64,000 bases of DNA, from positions 3,720,001 through 3,784,000 of the forward strand of contig CP110439.1 of assembly GCA_026914245.1 (NCBI GenBank), in the 5' to 3' direction. The stretch is from Puccinia triticina. Taxonomy: Eukaryota. Every line of letters begins with the position of its first letter. Position 1 is the stretch's first letter. Below, piece by piece: positions 10,670 to 23,500 of this stretch. A model generated the notes under the pieces. The model did not search any database and was not told the origin of the DNA. It saw nothing but the letters and a program-made list of their open reading frames with translations. Position numbers and translations under genes: made by a program.

Positions 10670-13600
10670 TCTTCCCATCCGCATCCCACAAGCTACGACT
10701 TTTCTAACGGTTAAGTGAATTTTGCAAACCATCTTTTACAACCCTTATGGGTTGTAAAACCGATGGGTTGTAAAATTCCATAGCCCCCGGGGTGTTATGC
10801 AATTTTACAACCCATAGGGCTAATTTGGACGTATGTAAATAAATAGGTTGCAAATAATAGTATGTAAAATTGCGTCAGACATGCATATGGACTAAATTCA
10901 CAAACCATGTCTTGCAACTCTCGCATGATGCGGTTGTGAAATTACGTTACAAGCTTTGCATATGTAATTTCACAAGCTAAGTTCTTGCAACCTAGTATCG
11001 CATGCAAAATATGCTTTGTAAATAAGCTTTACAAGCCCGTGAGATATAATTTTACATCACATGTGAACTCAATTTGCAATCGATGCAACATACATACTAA
11101 CTTCCAACTCTAACACTTCAAACTCTGACGCTAAGCAAACAAAGGTGATATCAGCGACATCAACAAGTCAACCGGTCGACGCTAGGCAAGAATGACTCTC
11201 CATCCCCTCCCACGCTTGAGTCAATCAACAGTTCACTCAAGCTCCCACCGCAATGGCGATTCCGACAGCAAGAACCCCGATGGCGAATCCGACTCCAACG
11301 ACCGTCACCGACCCGAATGGCACGATTGAACCGGCCGCTAACACCAGCCCTCAACTGTTCATTCCGGAATCTAGCCCCATCACCCCAATTCCATCAAGCC
11401 CGATCACCCCAATCAGCCCCTTCAGCGTTGGAAATCTCATCCATCCCTTGATCCCACCCCTTAGTCCCATTGACTCGCCGTGCCCCTCAGATTTGAACAA
11501 GGAAACCACCACCGCTGACCCGCCAACACCTTGTTCTTCGTCTTCTGAAGAGATGCCGCTCTCGAACACCCCAAAACATACGAAATCGTCCGAAAAGATC
11601 AAAGTAAAGCCCCCAAAGAAAAACTCTCCGGCATTGCTCACGAAGAAAGGAAAAAAACAGAAATCACCCCCGTTGCCAATTGTCAAAAGAAAGCTATCCC
11701 AATCGAGGTCCAAGATTGTGACCAAGAGCGACGAGGACTCTGAGTATCAGCTCCCTGAAGCTTCCATCGCCTCTGAAGCATCCGAAACGTCTGAAGAGTC
11801 CTATTTGTCTGATCCTAACTCCCTTCCTGATGATTCGGACGACAAAGAACCTTCTTCGGACGACCAAGAAAATTTGCCCCCGTCGCCGAAGAACAGAACT
11901 AAATCTTCTTTTCGCCCGTCTTCGAAAAACAGGAAGAACGTATCGCCCCCGTTGCCAAAGATCAGAAAGAACAGCCACCAAACTAAGATCAACAACGACC
12001 GCCACTATCAGCAGCCCGAGACGTCTGACTCTACCTCCTCTGATAATGCAGATGACGAAGGGGATGGCTCCGATGAAGATCAAGATGAAGATGACGATGC
12101 ATTACCCAAGAGAAGACCGTCCGAGAAGGAATGGTTCCTTCCGGATATGAGCAAGTCGTACGAGACCTACATAGATCACGGGTGTACCCTCGACAAGCAA
12201 GGCTATCCGATCTACCCAAACGGAAGGACCACGTTTGTTCGCCTGCCTCAAGACAATGTCACCAACTTCGGCTCCGTTGGGTTTTTGAAGACCCAAACTA
12301 CGAGCTATCGCAGCAACAGGACCTGGAAGGTGACACGCTACTTCTGTCTCGGAGCTCTGGTCTGCGATAACTCGTCATGCGAATGGACTGGGCCTCCCCC
12401 AACTGGAAAAGGAGGACAGGAAAAGCTGGAACAAGGGTGAGTCTTCTTCTCCTCTCCTGCCAGCGGTTTTTTGGACATATGGGTTGCAAACTAATTTTAC
12501 AACTCATTTTTTACGATTGTTATTTTACAAACCATGCAGTAAAATCAAATGTCAAGGATTGGTAGGCAAGTGCAAAGGCACCGTTCGACATGTCAAATGT
12601 CCTGATTCCGTAGCGGTTCGAATCGACCACCATCTCCCATCAGGATGGGGGATCCTCCGGCATAAGGGCGTCCACCCTCATCCGTGGCCTGTCGCCAAGA
12701 AGCCCGACCCGCTTGCAAAGGAGGAATTGAAAGAAGAAATCAAGAAAAACCCCAAGGCTGGAGCTTTAAAGCTCAAGGTAACTATTTTCTCTCCCATTTC
12801 GTTTCTTTTCATTTTTGCAACCCTTCTTTTACAACCTTCATTTTTGCAACCCTTCTTTTACAATCCATTACATCCCATAGGTTTCCTCCAGTCTGATCTT
12901 GTTACCCTCCCATTCTTTGTAGATGGGGAAGCCCACCGATCCCCATTCAGCTTTCGGAAGTGTAGTTTCAATCCACGAGTCCTATCAGAACAGAGATCGG
13001 CTGGCCTATTACCGTCGATGCATCCTTGCTGAGTTAGGATTAGCTCCTGACAAACTCGGCGCCGGCGTGGGGGACAAATTCATATTGGACATGTTTGGAT
13101 GGGCATCGTAAGTTGTTTTAATACATTTTATGTATAATTTTGATTGCATCTGACTAAGAATATTGTCTTTTCTCAACAGGCGGGGTCTGTGGATAATCTC
13201 CAGCTCGTTCATGCCAAAGGCCGAGCATTTCACCTTCCAGACAAAATGGATGTCAGATCGCTTGCTGGCTCGCAATAAGGACAACAAAGTGTACAGCGGC
13301 GGTCTCATCTCCGACGTGACTTACCGGTACTTCGAGACGGGATACCTATTGACGACGTCTATGTTCTGTGAAGATCTTAAACGATGGATACCTATTCAGC
13401 TCACTTGGATTCGAGGTCTTAGCGAACAATACTACAAAATCCACTTTGCTACACTCTTCCGGCAGTTTCTGGCGGCTCCGATCACCCCCGCCGAGAGGGA
13501 CACACTAGTCCGCGAGGTCGTAGACTTCTCGTCAGCTCAAGTCGAGGGCTTCGTGTCCGCTTACCTCGAAGTATTCCGACAGGGAACTCGCAAAGAGGTC

Positions 13601-16600
13601 AGGGGCATGTTGAAAGGATGCCGCGAGCATTATCGCCAGTCAGTCACACGCATCAAACGTAACCGGTCGCTCATCACTGCGGATCAAGAGGTATGTATGA
13701 TCTGTTGATTTTTCTGATTAATGATTCACAAAATTCCATTTTGCGATGCATAATGGATTGTAAATGTGAATTTTACAATCTATATTGCTTTGCAAAATTT
13801 ACTCATCAAAATTTACAAACCTTATTTATCATGCTGATTTTTTTGCTTTATGACTTACATATTCACAGGAGCCTTTCCGAAAGGCTTGTATGGGTCTCCT
13901 CGATTGGTCCGAGCCGGGTGATCAAACGCATGAGCAGAAGGTTGACTATATCCGTCGTCGTTTTCCTAAAGTCCGGAAATGGCTTGACTGGTGGACCGTT
14001 TCCGATATCGAGGCCCTTTTGTTTCCATCCCGAGAACAACGGCTTGAGGACACGCCCGATGGAGATGGACTTCCTGAGACTACAAATGCCCAGGAGAGCT
14101 TGCACCGGACATACTATTGGCTCAGGTAAATCTCCTTTACTGTTGGTGTATGTATTGAGCTGACATCCGACTCTGTTTGTTGCACTTTAGCGAAGGAAGG
14201 CAGTGCCTGATGGTCAGAATGATTGACCTCTACACATTCGTCAACATGCTGGAAAAGGACTGGTGTGCCGCAATGAAGGGCGTTCCAATCAAATACGGAC
14301 GTGATAACAAAGACATCGGATCGACTTTAGGATTAGCCAAGAAGCGAAAGCGAGCCGAAAAGTTTGTCAACGATGGAAGACCACCGGACACGACTGACAG
14401 TCTGATCGAAGGGAATAAGAGAGCTAAGCTTGGACGGCCCCCAAACTCCAGAAACCACAACAAAAGCCTCTGGGCCGCCTATCCCTCCTATCGAGCAAAC
14501 TCCGCCTCCAAAAAGAACAATCGTTGCTGGCTAGCAGCCGGATTGGAATCGATGTACACATTGTTCTCCCCATTATGGCTTCGTGGGATCAGCGGAAAGG
14601 GAAAGGACCTCTTCACCCACTTAGCGCATCATTTCTTGTGTCGATCCACTGGTGAATTAAACGGAGGCTGCTCAATCCGATCGACTATAACCCGGGGCCA
14701 AAATCACCTGTTCGATGTTCTCAACGCACAATACCCTGCAAGCTTCATACCTGGGGCGTTCAGCTCGGCCGATTATTTCATGGAGCTAGTCCTCAATCCC
14801 AAACTCCACCAGAGCCCAGAATACAAGAAACTGTTCTCGATTCGCGAACGCAGGACGTTTACTTGTGAACTCAAGCCTGAAACACTCCAATCACATCCTA
14901 CCCGAGCTTCCCGGACATTACATGTATTGACTATCAAGCCTCAGATGTTTGATTCGAATAGGATCCCGTATTCCGATGTTGCTAAGCTTGTGGAACTCTG
15001 GCAAACGACCGGTTTGATAAGTACCTCTGGCCTTGTGTGTAAGGCATGTCAAGAATCGCAGTTCCCGACCCACCCGAATACTAAGGCCAAGCCCAAAAGG
15101 AAGTCAAAGAAAGCGATAGTTTTGATTGGCACATCCGAGGATGAAATTTGCGTTAACGTTGGAGTCTCTCAGCCGTCGGCACACTATCTGATTGATCGTT
15201 GCAAGCTTACCTTTGACGACCTCCCTCCCCCTCTTCACCTCAACTTCCATGTTGAGGTCAGCCACATTGATGATGTGCCTCGCCGGGACAGCTTCATGGC
15301 CACAACTGATTGGCCTTTCAAGTTGAAAGTCGGAGGCCAAACTTACACACTCATTTCTCGCGGATACTGGAACAGAGCCCATTACTGGTGTAAGGTCCTT
15401 CGGAGCGCCAATATCTCCGCTGAAAAAGGTAGTTTGACGGCTGTTTGGATGCATAACGATGGCGAGAATGACGGCTATGCTCAGCAAATCAATCAAGTGC
15501 CGAGTTCTATTGCTGGAGCCGAGATGTATACGGCGTGGGTCTTGTATTCACGTACGTGGAATGAATCCGAGGAAGAATACGTGGACAGCTCAATCCAAAG
15601 GATTCTGGAAGACAATCCAGATGCTGCTGGGGATGTCCCCTTCAAAGAAATGAAATCGATATTGAACATATCACACAACTCCACCTCGATCGCACACCGG
15701 GAAACCAGTTCCTCAAGCCAACGACCGACTTCAAACAACAAGGACGACGTTGAACAAACCCCTTCATCTGGCAAAAAGAAGGAGAAGGCGAAATCTGCGT
15801 CTGGCAACAAGAGAACAAAAGGAAACAAGAAGAAAATCCAGAAGAAGTCCGCCTCATTCAAGGAATCCGAAGAGGCAGAAGTCGAGTCGGATGTGGCCCA
15901 TATTCTTCAAGCCGACGACTCATTCCTTGGTAATCAGACGGCCGGCGACGAATCCATTGCGAATCACACCGCCGAAGGTTCCTTCCTTGCCAATCAAACG
16001 GCCGGCGACGCGTCTTTGCTTGATCAGACGGCCGAGACAGCCTGCGACAATTCCTTGCTTAATCCTGGCGACGAAACCATTCAGACTGGGGAAGACGAAT
16101 CCTTCCTGGCCAATCACACTGCCGCTGCCGAAGAGAATTCCGTACAGTCTCAGAAGCCACCTCCAAAGTCTCAGCCTGCCTCACGACTTCGATTACTGCT
16201 CAAATTGCCTAAGTTACCTGCCTCAGGTGATGAATTACGTCCCGATTCAAAGCCTCCAAGCCCGCCCTTACCACCTGAAAGCGCAAGACGGCGATCTACC
16301 CGCCAAAAAAAGTGATACTGCTTGTTTTCACTTCTTGTTTCCTTGTTTCTTTTCTGTTCTGTTTTCCTTTTTTCCTGAGTGATTGATTGACTTGCAAAGT
16401 ATCCCAAGTTTCTTTCTTGCTCAATTTTCCACTTGTGCCTTGAAAAAAATCATTTTTTTGTGAGGTTTGTAAGGTAAGGGTTGTAAAATTACATTTTGCC
16501 CCTTAGTTATTTCTATTTCACAAACCATATATTGCAATTCATAATGGGTTGCACGCCAATGGGTTGTGAAATTGTTAATTTGCAAGTTATAAAGTAATTT

Positions 16601-16900
16601 TGCGGCAGATATATCTTGCAATCCATATGGTTTGTAAAAAATGAGTCGTAAAATTGCTCTTCAGGCCATCCTGGGACAAATTTGCAATCTAAATATTGCA
16701 ATCCTTTTTTTTGCAACTCAGATTTTTTCTTGATGGGTTGCAAAAATCCATAAAATGACACATTTTGTGGATTTTTGCATCCCTGCGGTTTTACAACCTA
16801 TAAGGGTTGTAAAATATGGGTTGCAAAAAAACAGCGACCCCTTTTCTAAAAACAGCCCCGCTCCCCTGCAAGGGGAGCGGGTGGAGAGGGGGGGTACCTT
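10670..16900 (+). mobile_element. Mutator-like (MULE) DNA transposon; ends approximate
   Basis: Imperfect inverted repeats at about 10720-10780 (TTTTACAACCCTTATGGGTTGTAAAACCG) and 16770-16830 (CGGTTTTACAACCTATAAGGGTTGTAAAA). Dense TTG(C/T)AA subterminal motifs flank a transposase gene. TSD not resolved. Confidence 0.65.
11253..16315 (+). CDS. MULE-like DDE transposase with GCM/WRKY-like Zn domain and C-terminal USP-like peptidase domain (6 exons)
   Basis: Approximate exons 11253-12436, 12540-12777, 12922-13107, 13180-13690, 13870-14125, 14191-16315. Zn domain YFCLGALVC...C...RHVKC...RHKGVHPHPWP. DDE motifs ISDVTY / VVDFS / GCREH / TTNAQESLH. Peptidase boxes NNRCWLAAGLESMY and RAHYWCKV...WMHND. 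Confidence 0.75.
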
Positions 16901-17587
16901 TTTCCGATCGCAACGAAACCCATCTGATAATTTTCCCAGTTTTAACTTTTACTGGACTTGTCATTTGGCGGCTTTTTGGTTGTTTTATGCGGCCACGTCC
17001 ATTTGCTGGCTGGTTGCACTCATTTGTTTCCTAATTTTCACTTTTTGTAACCAGTCTGGCAGTACCTTCGCATGACCTCCAGTTTGTTCGCATGCACCTC
17101 ATGTTGATTACTGTTGAAATGAAGGTAAAAAGTAGGGTGCAATACGTAGTGGAGAAATCAAGTGCTTCTTTTCATTTGATAATGTCGATATACATGATGC
17201 CATAAAACAAATCGGGTTTGTAATGTGTGAAAGAATTCTCGGAGGGTACAAATGTAATGAGCAATGAAGGTAGGAACTGCTGCAGGATGATGAGATATAT
17301 TGGTAGCAATCTTGTGATTGGATCGATGGTTAAGGAAGATTAATGAAAGCACTGGAAGCCATAAAACCAGACAAGGGAGGTGAGAAAGTTTCATAACATT
17401 ATGATACGAGAATATTTCCTAGATAAAATGAAATTAAGAGATATAAAGCATGAGCTTGAGCTCAGTCATTTCAAACTTCTGATGATCACAGAGCTCAATA
17501 TCAACTTAAAAGCTTTTCATAAAGCCAAAACTCACCTGCAAGACGGGCGCCAATGAAAACAGTCACGATGCGGTACCAGAGACATTC

Positions 17588-20500
17588 TCAAGTGAAAAGA
17601 TGATCTTTTCCGTCAAACAAATCGCATTCAAGATCCAATTCAACGGAATCCCAATCAACACCACCGCCAGCATAACAAGCCTCGTAATTCATCATACTGA
17701 TTTTGGAGAAAAATCTTTCAAGAGGCCGAATGTTTTCGATCTTTTTGATTCTGTTCAGCAAGGGCTTTCGGCCGTCGTTCTGAGAGCCATGCGGAGAGAT
17801 GAAATCTCGGGGTGTATTTGGAGGTCTGACACTGAACGAGGAGTTTCGTGATAAGCTTGGCGTCATCAGTCGAACAAACCGAGGAGATGATAGTGGAGGT
17901 GGTGAGGGCGAGTCCCTTCTACCGTCAGAAAGTTGATTCGCCAAGCTTTCTCGTAAGCCCTCCGCAATACGGTCAATGATTGCGTGAGGGTACCATGAAT
18001 CAGGTGGATACATGGCATCAATGGTATCAGTGATGAACATCCATTGATGTCTACAAAAAAACGGACGATAATTATTCACATTAAGCGTCAGTCTTGTAGC
18101 GTCCATCAAGCTTTGGTGGGCAATTGAAAGGTCGAGGGAAAAAAATATCAATCTTATTCTGACATTTGGAAATCCTCAGTTTGCAAAACCAATAGTAAAT
18201 CTAAGAACTTCGAAGCTGATAACGCGAGCGCCAACATATTAGGACTGTCTGGAACACTTTCGACAATTCCTTCGAAAAATCGGGTCTGTGAATAAATCAT
18301 TTAAGGTTTTTCAGATCAACGAAAACTAGCTGGATGATACACTACCGGCAATAACTACTTGGGCATCTCAGCTCAAACAGCGGCCAGGCTGATGTTTTGC
18401 AATCAGTGTTGGATTGGCAAAACAAAGAAACCTGACCACCGCTCAGACATAATTACTGCTGGCAGTCATAAATAAACATCGAAGTAAGGAAAAATTGAAA
18501 GGGTTTTAATGCTTAGACATACCAGTTCAGTCAGAATCACAGGCCAAAAGCTTCCCAAATGCTGGTTTGCAATCCTGCATAGTAGAACTCGCATACAAAT
18601 ATAAACCTACAAGATATGAAGAGATTACAGGTTAGATGATCCTCCATTAATGATGAGTTAACATCCGAGTCAGAAGCGGCATGACCAACCTCCGCATGGA
18701 CGATCTCGCCGACGCTCGATCGTAAAAGATCGACGACCTTTTCTTGGATACTAGGCAGATGAACCAGGAACCGGTTATATTCCGCAGCATAAATAGCGTA
18801 GGTGATTCTTCGAAGACTCATTGACCGGGTGACCATCTCGGCTTCCTTATTAGTGAATATGTTTGCGGATGGCACCGTTGATAATCTGCTCAACATTTCC
18901 GTGAATCTTTCTTTGTCAGTGTTAAATAGAGCCTGGATGATTGGTCTCCAGCGCCGACCAAGTTCGGGGGAATTGTTGAAGAATTTGGGATCAGATAGAC
19001 TATCAGCAACGTAAGCACGCCACGCTCTATTCGCCGCGGGATGCTTCGTCATTTCGACTAGCAAGTTTAGAATTGTCACATCGAGCTCGGAGGAGCTTTG
19101 TCAGACGTACGTTGCGGTGGTCAGTAAGAGAAATAGCAGACGAAGATCAATCGAGAAGAAGTCGGAAGGAATGGAAGACTAACCGAATGCGTACTTTGAA
19201 CGCTGGGGTGACAAGATAATACATGATATTGGTACAAACAGCTTGAAGCCTATCTGATTCAATCAGGAACCGGCGACAGCTAGGTAACGCTTTTTCCGAT
19301 AGGAAAAGGGCGGCCTAATTAAAGATTTGAAAGATTACCCGAAGCGGCTGCATTAGTTGCACAGGGAAGCCTCGGACAGACGGCAAACGGCAGGCGGACT
19401 TACTTCTGCCCCCGTCACCGGCTTTTCAGAGTCGCTAGCTTTTCTTTCATCGGTAAGAGTGGTTGACGCCACAAGGGGAGAAGCAGGTGGTTCTTTTTCT
19501 AGAGATATCGTCGGTTGGTCACCTTGGTTATCGCACAAACAATCGTGATTCAGCTAAAAGCAATTTGAATTTGATTTGTTGAGGAAGGGCAGGCCAACCG
19601 TTGAAGTCTGGCTTGCCTTTCAGCTGATCTAGATATTTCCCTGCTGTCTGGATGACCACTTCACACAGCTTTACAAATGTATCCTTTAAAATATGACGAA
19701 TGATCAGAAAAACCCAATTTTGTCTGGAAGTTCAAACGTATCATGACGTGAGGAAAACACTCACTTGAAGGTCCCGTCTCATTCGCCTGTCTTCGAGAGC
19801 ACTTGTTTGACTGATTTTTTCAGCCAGAATGGTGAAGCACCTGTAAAAGAAAACGAGTTCAATGAAAAAGCAGTTAATATTCATTGGGGAGAGAGGCAAA
19901 AGACGTACTTGAGGGTTGGAAACAACTGGTTTTTGTTGACAGTTGAATTCGCCAGCACATCCCGGGCGAAGGACCAAGACGAGTTCCACATCTGAACAGC
20001 TATTGGACCTTCCAATCTTGATATGTAAGATTCCAGAAAGCTGAACATGATGTTTTCTGATCTATGAGAAGGAATCTCGTTAGTCAACAGCTTCGGTGTT
20101 GGTGAATGGAAAAGGGGGCTTACAGGAAACACGTCGAAGCTATTGCGCGCCCTTTATCAGTTCCGGCTAGATGTCCGTATGATGCGAGTTTCTCATACAA
20201 CATAGACACGATTGTTTGAGCACTTGGGGCAAGATGATCGAGTAACAAAAACATATTATCTTCACTCATATTGGGCTGAACGTAATCCAGAACAGGCATC
20301 AATGTTGTGGGCTGAGGCGCAGAGGATTGCAAAACAATAAAAAGTCGGCTTAACTGATTTTGATTCAACCTCCGAGTGCCAGTAGTCAACGATAGCGACA
20401 ATGACGTCATTCGGGACAGCCTTGTAAAGACGCTCAAACGCTTTACGCGCTCGCAGTTTTATTCGGACAGAGAAGTAAAGCTTCGAGTTAGAGGATTCGG

Positions 20501-23500
20501 GCTCCTTTTCATCGCCGATCTGAAGCGAGACGTCCCAAGCTTTCATCAGAATCCAAACAACGTTTCCCAACCGGAGCTGGAATTCTGTTTTTGGCTGTCA
20601 AGAGAAGCAGGTAAGAGGTGAGCGACTTGTGACTCGCGACCATAGAGACCATAGTGTTCACGAGGTGTTCCAAAACGAACCTGTTCGAGAGGAAAGTTGG
20701 TGGATATCTCAGACGAGCCCAATACATTAAAAACACCTGCGAATAAACCGCCAGTTGATTCTGGGGGCAATGGTCGCTCATTAGTGCTTTTACCAGAACT
20801 GGCCTCTGCCGTCCCCGCAGATGCTCCTTCACCCTCGATCGACACAACCATCAAGCGTTCCAATGCGTTCACAAATACCAAAAAATCAGAGTCGGTAAAA
20901 TCGGATTCCAAGTTTCCCTCTCCATTCATTTGATAGGTTTTCTCTAAATCTAAAACCAACATGCGCAATCGGTGAACCAGTCGATCGATCAACGGCTTGA
21001 CGACCTCATCAAGTGATCGTCTGATTTGTGGGACAGTCATTAAAAGGAAATCGATCCAATGATGGACAATTGCAGTGTTTACTTGATTGGTAATGCCATC
21101 ACCAACGAGGATCGTAAACAGTTGATTTACAGTTGGATTCTCGCTTTCGGGCTTGTCTTTTAACAGCACTACGTCTGCAGAGATACTGTGACGAGATTGG
21201 GGTGTTGATGTGCCAACGCTGATGGTGGCATGAAGAGCGTGTAGAAGCTTGTTTTGCAGATTGTAATCTCGACTCCTGATTAACAATAGCAATCGAAAGC
21301 TCAGAGTTTCCTCGATCACTCCAAGATCAGTCGAAGGAATGTCACCACGAGATACCAGCATTTGTAGCAAGTCGGCGGTGGTTGCTTGTATATGTTGATT
21401 GCGAGAGGACATAGCCGAGAGGAGTTTCGGATGCGGATCGCTGTTAATAAAACTGAGGCGGAATTTGGGTGAGTTAGCTCCCATGTTACTTGAAAGTAAT
21501 ATTTCAGTACGCACAGCAGCATGATCTTGATCAGAGCATCCAGATAAGACGCTGACTCCAAACCCGCTAATAAGAGAATTGCAATCAGCTCAGCGGCCAA
21601 GTTGAAAAGGAGTGGGTACTGAAGTACCTGAGGGTAAGAGCTGTCGCACTGATGGATCATGAGAGTGCTTCATGTAGCAAGTTTTCGCTATCCGAGTGAA
21701 GCCTTGTCCTCCAAAACGTGCCAAAGTTAGGACGCACTCCAAGGCATGATGGACGACGGCCTGATCAAAAGGATAAATGTAATGATGCATGGAGGTTGAA
21801 TGGTCCCCGAGTTGCTGTTTGAATGGCTTTCGTTTGATTTCCGTTGAAAGCAAGATTCGGAAAAGAGGATCAAGGACGCTGAGAACGAAAACAATGTTAG
21901 CTTGAGCTATTAATGCAACCAGTAAAGACGTGAGTTTTTTTCATACCGAAGATAAGATTTCAAGCTACACCGCATCCAGGCTTCTCCGCAACGGCGATTG
22001 GTCAAATCGTTACTTTTCAAACTATCCAGAACTAGAAGCATAGGAATTCGGAGACAGTTTCCAGGCAACTGGGCATCCTCTTGAAATATGAAAAAGAAAA
22101 AGAAAAAAATGAATAAAGGTTGGTCCAGGGCCATCACACATATGCAAAGGGCATGCGGCAAAATGTTTGAGTAATTACCACTGTGTCTCCATAAGTTACC
22201 AAACGCTTCAAATGCTGATACCCTAACGCTCGGGTTTTCGGACGTCAGGCGGGAGGCAATGATGGTTTCGACGTGTCGGAATTGAGAAATCTTTTGTAAC
22301 TCCCAGATTAATTTGATAGCTTGAAGAAAGAAAGGGGCAGTATGACCTTCAAGAAAGTCGAGAAGCTGAACATACAGCAAGCCATCAAAATTGACAATCT
22401 GAATTAGCTTTTCGCTCGATTGACCACGTTCTAACCGTGGGGTATCATTCCAAGTAACGTTGCGCACCTTAACCACTAGTGTTGACAACAAAGTTTGATC
22501 ATCGAGGAGCAAGCGGGGCTGTATGCGACTTGCCCCAGCTAAGCCAAGCATCACTTTGACTGACTTTTCGAATAGCGCAAACCCTGCAGCCTTCATGAAT
22601 AGATTGGAATCAACTTGCGCAATCGAAAACAAAGCCAAAGCAAATACTCACATTAAGATTAACTCTTCTCAATTGCGAGAGTAATGATTCAGTAAACGAT
22701 AACGGAGTCCAGTCGACAGTGATTTGATCGAGTGACGTCGGAAGAGAACTAATCAGTGTATCTAGGCATGTCAGAGAAGCACTCAGGACCTGATAGTTGG
22801 CAGGCGTAGGTTCTCCAGAAGCGAAGCGCTCGATCACGCGCAGGATAGCCGCAAAAGTACTGGAGCATAAATTGGAATCTCGGAGACGGGACATGTCCTC
22901 GGGGTTGACCAGCTTCAGACTTTCGGCGGAATAGAATCGGCGAGCAAGATCTAGACCAGATGTATTGTTCATTGGGGGGCTGGTAGATGGACTATTCAGG
23001 TCGAAAACATTGTTCGGAAGATCCTGGAACAAAGTTGTCGCCACTTCTAAAATTTCTTGTGAGCGTTGAAGTGAGAAATCAGGATGGGCCTGGGTGGCTT
23101 CATCTACAACGCAAACTAAGGCAGTAGCCAGCAAGGGGATATGAACCCGCAAAAGTTCTTCGTCGTGTAATCTGAACGTCGCTAGAATAAACTTAATTAA
23201 ATCTAAGGACTGCAAAAGTCAAATTTTCAGAATTTATCACGTTCACGCCGGCTGAGATGAGGACCTACCTGATCAGGTTCTTTTGCTGGGTCGGCATATT
23301 GGGAGATCGACTCGAAGATGCTTTTCCAGGTTGTGAATGGATCCAGTGAATCAAACATCATGTTTGCTGTCAATAACAGCTAATCAACGTGGAATGAGTA
23401 ATCATTCAAATCAATCCAAGTTTGGTTGGATGTGGAGCGCTCAAGAGTTGAATCAGTCGACTCACTTCATCTTGTGTGTCTTCAGGCTTCAGCACCACCT

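Noticed and set aside
15915..16125. NQTAGD/NHTA repeats in the transposase C-terminus
   Set aside because: A short, roughly 30-nt coding tandem repeat in a disordered tail with no clear significance.
11351..16382. Antisense and alternative-frame ORFs over the MULE-USP gene
   Set aside because: Shadow ORFs of a long coding region with no motifs.
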